Shown here piece after piece: positions 22,990-29,238 of a stretch of DNA of 32,000 nt. The stretch is from assembly GCF_000039765.1 (NCBI RefSeq), contig NC_004459.3:2271127-2303126 (forward strand), given 5' to 3'. The translations under genes were made by a program, and so were the position numbers. Under the pieces are notes generated by a model, which was not told where the DNA came from, did no database searches, and was given only the letters and a program-made list of their open reading frames with translations. Origin of the DNA: Vibrio vulnificus CMCP6. GTDB taxonomy: Bacteria; Pseudomonadota; Gammaproteobacteria; Enterobacterales; Vibrionaceae. Numbering within the stretch: position 1 is the first letter of the stretch; every line of letters starts with the position of its first letter.

Positions 22990-24309
22990 CTAAGCGTTAG
23001 GGCAAACACGATTTCGCCCGTTGCGCTTAGCCTCATACAGATGTGAATCGGCCATGCGAATGGTCTCGTCGAGCTGTGTCTGTAAAGCAGTAAAGCCAAT
23101 GGATACCGTGACGTGCGGCGCTTGAGTCATGTTCTCAACATCTTGGCGAATGCGTTCACAAACCTGCCGTGCTTCATTGGACGAAGGGGTTTTGACCAGC
23201 AACAGAAATTCTTCACCACCAATACGAAAGGCGTAATCACTGACGCGGATACGACTTTTCACCACCTTTGCCACACGGCGAATGACCTGATCGCCGATGT
23301 CATGCCCATATCGGTCGTTGACACTCTTAAAGTGGTCAATATCAAGCATAACGGCATAATAATGTTCAAGCGGAAGCTGTTGTTTTACGACTTCAGCAAG
23401 AAAGTGTCGATTGTTTAATCCTGATAGTGGGTCTAAATAGCTGATTTCTTTTAGTTTCTTTTGTGCCTTATTCAGCTTGTACAGGTAATAACAAGCGCCT
23501 ACCGTGATGGCAAGCAGCAGTGGAATTAAGTAGAAATATTTAGGGATGAGTTCTTCGTTGGCAATGACTTTGACCAAATAACTCGTTTTGCCATTGAGTT
23601 GCCCTACGTTTTGATAAACGAAGGTTTTTCCTTGAAAGTCCAATACGCCGGATGTTTTGTGAGTACGATTCAGCTCTTGAAGTAAGGTTTGCTCGCGATG
23701 TTTGAGGTAAGTAAAGGCGGTGATATCAGCATACGAACTGGAATAGACAAAACCATCAAGATCAACATGGAGCATGTTGTCGCGAAACAAAGGGGTAAAG
23801 TGAATCAGGTCGACTTCAACAGTCAAATAGCCCATTAAACGGTTATGTTGATAAATGGGTGAGAACTCGACAAACAGAGCATTTTCGATATCCAAAATAG
23901 TCTGTCTCTGGCGGCGGTTTAAGTCATTTTGGTAAAAGCGATTGAAACTGATAATACGCTTAGAATAGGTCTCTTGCTCAGTTGGGTTTTTATCGATAAT
24001 CCGAATTCGGCGAATGATTTTTTGATGCTGAATTAAGTTTTGGACCAGATCAATAAAGTCGGTTGAGTCAGAAAAATAACGCTGAGCAATTTGACTGTCT
24101 GCTAAAGAAAGATAGCTTTGTATTAACTCCTTTCGTGTATTTAAAGATTCTAATGATGCACTCAGTTGTAATCGTACGTTCTCTATTTTGTCCCTTTTAA
24201 TCAGGTTTTGTGGTGTATTAAAAACAAAAATAACCACAATCATAATCAGTAAGCTGCGTAATTCTATGGTTGCTGTTGATGGCGACAATTTTGATTGATA
24301 GAGGACCAT
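22990..24309 (-). CDS. Membrane-bound diguanylate cyclase (TM, ~230-aa periplasmic sensor domain, TM, GGDEF domain)
   Basis: 439 aa. LDPLSGLNNRHF, DIDHFKSVNDRYGH, active-site RIGGEEFLLL, and the I-site RVSD exactly 5 residues before GGEEF. Confidence 0.9.
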   Translation of the reverse strand: MVLYQSKLSPSTATIELRSLLIMIVVIFVFNTPQNLIKRDKIENVRLQLSASLESLNTRKELIQSYLSLADSQIAQRYFSDSTDFIDLVQNLIQHQKIIRRIRIIDKNPTEQETYSKRIISFNRFYQNDLNRRQRQTILDIENALFVEFSPIYQHNRLMGYLTVEVDLIHFTPLFRDNMLHVDLDGFVYSSSYADITAFTYLKHREQTLLQELNRTHKTSGVLDFQGKTFVYQNVGQLNGKTSYLVKVIANEELIPKYFYLIPLLLAITVGACYYLYKLNKAQKKLKEISYLDPLSGLNNRHFLAEVVKQQLPLEHYYAVMLDIDHFKSVNDRYGHDIGDQVIRRVAKVVKSRIRVSDYAFRIGGEEFLLLVKTPSSNEARQVCERIRQDVENMTQAPHVTVSIGFTALQTQLDETIRMADSHLYEAKRNGRNRVCPNA

Positions 24310-24562
24310 GCTGACTATTTCTCAAACACCGACATACCCATCCTCGGTTGTGCAAATTGATTCCAGATATATTTATCAGTTACTTTCTGTCTACCTGTTG
24401 CACTCGCTAGTTTGAGTATCGCGCTGGCGTGGGGCCAAACTTGATGAGTCACCAATATGCCGCACAACCCGTGTTATTAGGTGAAGAAAAGGTGAAGCTT
24501 TTATGACAAAGAAGTAGGTTGCGATCTAGGCAGGCACTTTTCTCAATGCTCTGTGATGCGAG

Positions 24563-26278
24563 TTATGATTTATCAATGGTTGATAAGGTAAAGCGACTCG
24601 CAGAGGCGAGACTCAAGGGCTTGGAAAACCAATAGCCTTGTAGGTAACTCACGCCCATATTTCTGAACGTTTGGTACATTTCGGCATCTTCGATCCCTTC
24701 GATGACAACATCGATCCGATTGTTGCGGCAAAGCTGGATCAGAAAAGAGAGATAGGCAGTCAAATCTGGGTTTTTGAGGCTGCGCCAAGCCATCGATTTA
24801 TCGATTTTGATCTGTTTCATGGGCAAATCAAAGAAGGAGTTGAGTGAGCTATAACCCGCACCAAAATCATCCAATGAAAGGTGAAAACCCAATTTAGACA
24901 GCTGATTCAGTTGCTCAATCGCTGCGGCGTTATTGTCTAATATAATGGTTTCCGTAAGCTCTAAAACGATAGAGTTGGGTGAGATGCCATATTCACTGGC
25001 CATTTCATGAATGCGTTGAGGGAAATTACTATTGAGCAGTTGTAATACCGAGACGTTTACATTGACTCGAATATTTTTATTATTGGCTTGGTTGTATCTT
25101 TGAATAAATTCGCATGCCTTGCGGAAAACAAAATAGCCAAGATCAATAATAAGCCCCTTATTTTCTGCGACAGTAATAAATTCATCGGGATAGATTTCAC
25201 CAAACTCTTTGCTGCGCCAACGTACTAGTGTTTCAAAGCTTTTTACTTCTAGGTGTTTGGCACAAACAATCGGTTGGAACTTAACATTCAGCGATTGGGA
25301 TTCAATTGCACTTTGTAATCCTTGCTCAATAAAGAAATAACGGTCTACGATTTGCTGCGTGCGAGCACTGTAGAGCGCAATTTTGTTTGCTTTTTTCTTG
25401 CTGGCATATTGCCCAGTACGAGCTGCTTTTCTTAGTAGCTCTTCGCCTTCGTGGGTATTTTCGATGCGAGGAATCAGGCCCATGCTGATCCCCGTGCCCA
25501 GCAATTGCCCTTGCTCCACAACCGTATCGTGATAGCGTTGTTTTATGGTCGAACAGATGTTCAGCAGCTGTTGTTCAGTGAAGTTACCTTCTAACAACAC
25601 GGCGAAATCATCATCTCGGACTCGATAAAGTCTTGCAACTTGGCCAGGCAGATGGCTGACGGCAGTAAGCATGCTTTGCACGACATGGTTGAGGATTTCG
25701 CTGCCGTAATGGCTCAAATACGATTTGATGTCTTCAATCTGAATGTAAATCAAGGCGTAGGGCAGGGAAGAGGCTTGAAAAGATTCCTCGATGTCGAGCA
25801 AAAGGCGACTGCGATTGGCCATACCAGATGCATTGTCATGGAAAGCCACTTGATGGATGTAACTCTCCATCAGCTTACGCTCAGAAATATCTTTGTGGCT
25901 GCCGATCAAATAAATACCGGAGTCAGTCTTACGTGTGACCGCCGTTCCTTCAATCCAGACGTAGTGACCATTAGGTTTGCGTACACGGTACTCGCTAGTA
26001 ACACGTAAATCTTCACACATTAAATGGTCATCAACTCGGGCAGAGAGTTTGGAGCGATCTAGCGGGTGCACCAATTCGAACCAAGTATCTAACGCGATGA
26101 TGCCGCTCTCAATGCCAAACTGCTGGTAAAACTGTTTGTTATAGAACGACATCACGCCTTGTTCATCCATATGAAATAGCCCCTCGCTGAACACATCAAA
26201 GATGTGCATAAAGCGACTTTCCATAAGGTGCTCAAAGTCTGGCAGGATTGATTCTGCAATAGATACGTCGTCTGTCAT
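24563..26278 (-). CDS. Cytoplasmic PAS, degenerate GGDEF, EAL protein (probable c-di-GMP phosphodiesterase)
   Basis: 571 aa. PAS core (YRVRKPNGHYVWIEGTAV). The GGDEF position reads RDDDF (LYRVRDDDFAVLL). EAL residues: FETLVRW, NVNVSV, LELTET, LDDFGAGYSS, KIDKS, IEGIED, LQGYWF. Confidence 0.9.
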   Translation of the reverse strand: MTDDVSIAESILPDFEHLMESRFMHIFDVFSEGLFHMDEQGVMSFYNKQFYQQFGIESGIIALDTWFELVHPLDRSKLSARVDDHLMCEDLRVTSEYRVRKPNGHYVWIEGTAVTRKTDSGIYLIGSHKDISERKLMESYIHQVAFHDNASGMANRSRLLLDIEESFQASSLPYALIYIQIEDIKSYLSHYGSEILNHVVQSMLTAVSHLPGQVARLYRVRDDDFAVLLEGNFTEQQLLNICSTIKQRYHDTVVEQGQLLGTGISMGLIPRIENTHEGEELLRKAARTGQYASKKKANKIALYSARTQQIVDRYFFIEQGLQSAIESQSLNVKFQPIVCAKHLEVKSFETLVRWRSKEFGEIYPDEFITVAENKGLIIDLGYFVFRKACEFIQRYNQANNKNIRVNVNVSVLQLLNSNFPQRIHEMASEYGISPNSIVLELTETIILDNNAAAIEQLNQLSKLGFHLSLDDFGAGYSSLNSFFDLPMKQIKIDKSMAWRSLKNPDLTAYLSFLIQLCRNNRIDVVIEGIEDAEMYQTFRNMGVSYLQGYWFSKPLSLASASRFTLSTIDKS

Positions 26279-26327
26279 CTGAATGGTGGTTACTTCTTTT
26301 TACTTGATCGCTGTACGATTTCGGTTA

Positions 26328-26346
26328 AATGTTTCAGAATGTTTCA
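26328..26346. repeat. Tandem direct repeat AATGTTTCA-g-AATGTTTCA (10-bp period) in the PAS-GGDEF-EAL upstream region
   Basis: Exact 9-mers at 26328-26336 and 26338-26346, 50-68 nt upstream of the gene start (26278, - strand). Confidence 0.6.
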
Positions 26347-26476
26347 AATCTTTATATCACCAAAGTCGGCAATAGTACTAGGGGGATATTTATAAAATGA
26401 GTGAATAAATGTTATTTTTATCACAATTACTATGGATGATTATAGTTAGAGTATTTGCTCTAATCAATCAATAACA

Positions 26477-26498
26477 GATAAATATGCGATAAATAAGC
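26477..26498. repeat. Tandem direct repeat GATAAATATGC / GATAAATAAGC (11-bp period)
   Basis: 10 of 11 positions identical, at 26477-26487 and 26488-26498, inside the AT-rich intergenic region. Confidence 0.55.
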
Positions 26499-26626
26499 GA
26501 TTCCTAGATTTTATTTTGTGCAATATAACGTTTTCTTATTTCAATCTTCATTTTTTGTGATGATGAATCCGCTTTCTATCATATTAATAAATATATCCAT
26601 AGAATATTTAAGGAATATTTCAACTC

Positions 26627-26655
26627 TAAAACGAATGATGAAATAAATTCATCAT
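26627..26655 (-). terminator. Weak terminator-like hairpin at the end of the AEC transporter gene
   Basis: On the - strand: atgatgaa / ttcatcat 8-bp AU-rich stem overlapping the TGA stop, followed by tcgtttta. Confidence 0.35.
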
Positions 26656-27533
26656 CACGTTAAAGAGAGGGCAAATCCAAGCAACACAGGTAGGGTTAAG
26701 ATGCTGAAAAAATTGCCGAATAATACAATTGAGGCCACTTTCTCGGGTTCGATATGAAAACGTTCGGCAAAAAGATAATTCATCACCGCCGCTGGCAACA
26801 TGGTGAACAGGACCATCATTTTCATTTGCAGCGGGGGAAGGGGGATAAAGAAGTAAATCACCGCAAATGCTATCGCTCCTGTTGCGATAGATTGGAGCGT
26901 TGAGTAGAGCCCAACGCTGAGGCCGGACCATTTCAAATGGGTCATTTGTGCCCCAAGAGAAAGGAGCATGACTGGCACTGCGGCTTGACCTAGCAAGGAG
27001 GTGGCTTCAATCAGCGGTGACCAAACGGCAACATGGTTGAGATTAAAAAACACAGCCACAGACGCGGCAATAAACACAGGCATTTTGACCATTTGTAAGA
27101 GTGATCCGCCTCGGCTCAACAGCGCAATGCCTAAGCTAATGTGAATGCAAGATGACATAACGAAAAGCAGTACGGCGCTTGACTGTGCCGCGTCGCCAAA
27201 TGCGTAGGCAAAGAGAGGAATGGCAAGATTGCCACTGTTGCGAAACATATGCGGCGGTGCCCAGGTCTTAAAAGAGAGCCCAGCCAGTTTGCAAATGGGT
27301 ATCATCAGTAGCCCCGGCAGCAATACCGCCACAAGCGATGCCCATATCAAAGGGAGCTGCTGGGTGTCTAGCGGCATGGTGGTGAGAGATGAAAACACCA
27401 AAGCAGGTAGGAAAACGTCAATATTGATGCGGTTAATCGGCTTAAAGTCAGGTTTCAAATAATGCCCAACCAAAAAGCCGACGCCAGCTAAGGCAAAAAC
27501 GGGGAATAAAATGTTAATAACTTTGATGAGCAT
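26655..27533 (-). CDS. AEC (auxin efflux carrier) family membrane transporter
   Basis: 292 aa, about 8-10 predicted TM helices. The N-terminus MLIKVINILFPVFALAGVGFLVG and overall pattern are typical of the Mem_trans/AEC family. Confidence 0.8.
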   Translation of the reverse strand: MLIKVINILFPVFALAGVGFLVGHYLKPDFKPINRINIDVFLPALVFSSLTTMPLDTQQLPLIWASLVAVLLPGLLMIPICKLAGLSFKTWAPPHMFRNSGNLAIPLFAYAFGDAAQSSAVLLFVMSSCIHISLGIALLSRGGSLLQMVKMPVFIAASVAVFFNLNHVAVWSPLIEATSLLGQAAVPVMLLSLGAQMTHLKWSGLSVGLYSTLQSIATGAIAFAVIYFFIPLPPLQMKMMVLFTMLPAAVMNYLFAERFHIEPEKVASIVLFGNFFSILTLPVLLGFALSLT

Positions 27534-27678
27534 GTTGACGTTCCTGAAGAGGATTTGTTTTTACGCTATCAGGTGATGTGTTTTTCGTCACCTAAACTGG
27601 TTGAAAAACATGAGCTCACCACCGCGCTATGAGCGTTATTGCCTAGTCAATCCATTGATTATCGCCGCTTCAAGATGT

Positions 27679-27696
27679 TGTAAATTAGAGTTTGCA
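27679..27696. promoter_or_regulatory. Near-consensus TyrR box in the divergent AEC / HD-GYP promoter region
   Basis: TGTAAA-TTAGAG-TTTGCA versus TGTAAA-N6-TTTACA (11 of 12 specified positions, with the critical G2 and C17 present). About 146 nt from each flanking start codon. Confidence 0.45.
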
Positions 27697-27842
27697 AATA
27701 TATTTTAAATTTGTATTCTCTGGGCAAATGGAACGCTTGTAAAAAAATGTGAATTATTCGATGTCCTCGGCAGGTCGTATTAGCGAGATTGCCATATACT
27801 TGAGGTAGTCGAGAAAAGTTTGTGTTGGAAATTGTCTTGAAT

Positions 27843-29054
27843 ATGCAGTATGACCCTGAAAAATCAATAAAAGTAGATATTTCAAACTTAACGATTGGCA
27901 TGTTTGTCACCGCGATTGAAAATAGTGAGCGGGTTAATTTGGCGAATGCAGGGCGTGTTCAGTCAGAAAAAGCGATTACCCGCTTATTTGAAAGTGGGGT
28001 GAAGTTTGTGTGGGTAGACGCAGGCTTATCGGCTAAAAATTGTGTGATTAAACCAGCGCCAAAGGTTGATAACACTGAATCGCAAGTCGTGACAGAATCC
28101 CATTCACCAACGCCACGTAAGCAGCCAAAGAGTCGCGCCTCTAATCAAAAGAAAGCCAAAAAGCTGATTGCAGAAGCCAAAGGCCTTGCTCAAAAGCTCC
28201 TTAACCAAACCTTTGAAGGCAAAGTGATTCTGGTTGATGAGATTGAGGACTGGGCTGAGGATATGATTGAAGCTGCATTGGTGGATTCAGATGCCTTGCA
28301 GTGTGTTTCTGCCTTGCGCCAAAAGGACACCTATTTGCTGGAACACTCGGTGAATGTCGCCTGTTTGTTAGTGACCTTTGGCAAACATTTGGGCTTGGAG
28401 CGTGAAACGCTCAAACAGATGGCGATAGGTGGGATCATTCACGATATCGGCAAGATCAAAGTAAACGATGAAGTGCTGCATAAACCAGCGCGACTAACGC
28501 CTGAAGAGTTTGAACACATGAAGCTCCATCAGGTGTTTGCCGAAGAGATCATTGTGCATGTTGAAGGGCTAAGCGATGTGAGCCGTGATGTCTGTTTAAT
28601 GCACCATGAAAAGCTTGATGGAAATGGTTACCCAAAAGGGTTAAAAGGGGATGAAATACCACTCCATGGTCGTATGAGTTGTATCGTTGATATCTATGAT
28701 GCGCTCACGGCAGACCGATGCTACAAGCAAGGAATGAGTTCTGCCGAAGCCTTTAAAATCATACTCGGCTTAACCCCATTTCACTTAGATCCTGATCTGG
28801 TTTACAAATTCATCAACTGCATTGGCGTCTACCCAGTGGGGTCTATTGTCGAATTGAACGATGGTCGAGTCGGAATCGTCTGGACCTCTAACCCGACTCA
28901 GCCTTTGAAGCCGGAAGTAAAGTGTTTCTACTCACGTAAATACAAACGTTTTGTCGATGTGGCGATGGTAGATTTAAAACACAGTTCGCTAAAAATTGAA
29001 AAAGCGGTGGCGCCCTCAAGCTTGGAAGTGGACGCCAAACCTTTCTACGATTAA
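27843..29054 (+). CDS. HD-GYP domain c-di-GMP phosphodiesterase with N-terminal DUF3391-like region
   Basis: 403 aa from ATG 27843 (the track ORF starts at TTG 27822, so the start is uncertain). HSVNVACL, GGIIHDIGK and HHEKLDGNGYPKGL are all intact. No receiver domain. Confidence 0.9.
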   Translation: MQYDPEKSIKVDISNLTIGMFVTAIENSERVNLANAGRVQSEKAITRLFESGVKFVWVDAGLSAKNCVIKPAPKVDNTESQVVTESHSPTPRKQPKSRASNQKKAKKLIAEAKGLAQKLLNQTFEGKVILVDEIEDWAEDMIEAALVDSDALQCVSALRQKDTYLLEHSVNVACLLVTFGKHLGLERETLKQMAIGGIIHDIGKIKVNDEVLHKPARLTPEEFEHMKLHQVFAEEIIVHVEGLSDVSRDVCLMHHEKLDGNGYPKGLKGDEIPLHGRMSCIVDIYDALTADRCYKQGMSSAEAFKIILGLTPFHLDPDLVYKFINCIGVYPVGSIVELNDGRVGIVWTSNPTQPLKPEVKCFYSRKYKRFVDVAMVDLKHSSLKIEKAVAPSSLEVDAKPFYD

Positions 29055-29077
29055 ACAACGTAAAGAGAGTTCGAGTC

Positions 29078-29108
29078 AAAGCGCATCACAGGTGGATGCG
29101 CTTTTTAA
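29078..29108 (+). terminator. Rho-independent terminator of the HD-GYP gene
   Basis: Perfect 10-bp stem aaagcgcatc / gatgcgcttt with a 7-nt loop, followed by tttttaatt. Confidence 0.85.
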
Positions 29109-29238
29109 TTTGTGAGCCATAATGCGAAGTAATCTGTATGTTTGAAACAGTTACGCAACAGAATTGAATCTATCTCAAACCATTCACCGCTATTTTGCCT
29201 TACACTCTAAGTCATTAATCTAATAATCATTAAAATCA

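Noticed and set aside
24310-24562. c-di-GMP (GEMM-type) riboswitch or sRNA in the intergenic regions flanking the GGDEF/EAL genes (also 26279-26654, 27534-27842, 29055-29238)
   Set aside because: No paired GNRA-tetraloop/receptor hairpins or the conserved ...ACGCAAAGC... core were seen. A covariance-model scan would be the proper test.
27722-27737. Sigma54-like element GGGCAA-N5-ACGCT upstream of HD-GYP
   Set aside because: The GG and GC dinucleotides are at the right 12-nt register, but the -12 region lacks the TTGC(A/T) context. No enhancer-binding protein with a GAFTGA loop is nearby, and the TyrR here lacks one. I treated it as a chance match.
29139-29149. TGTTT-g-AAACA palindrome upstream of the CHASE4 gene and a similar TGTTT-tg-AAACA at 19628-19639 as a shared operator
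   Set aside because: The arms are 5 bp, the spacers differ (1 versus 2 nt), and the context is AT-rich, so chance occurrence is likely. It is mentioned only as a lead for a motif search.
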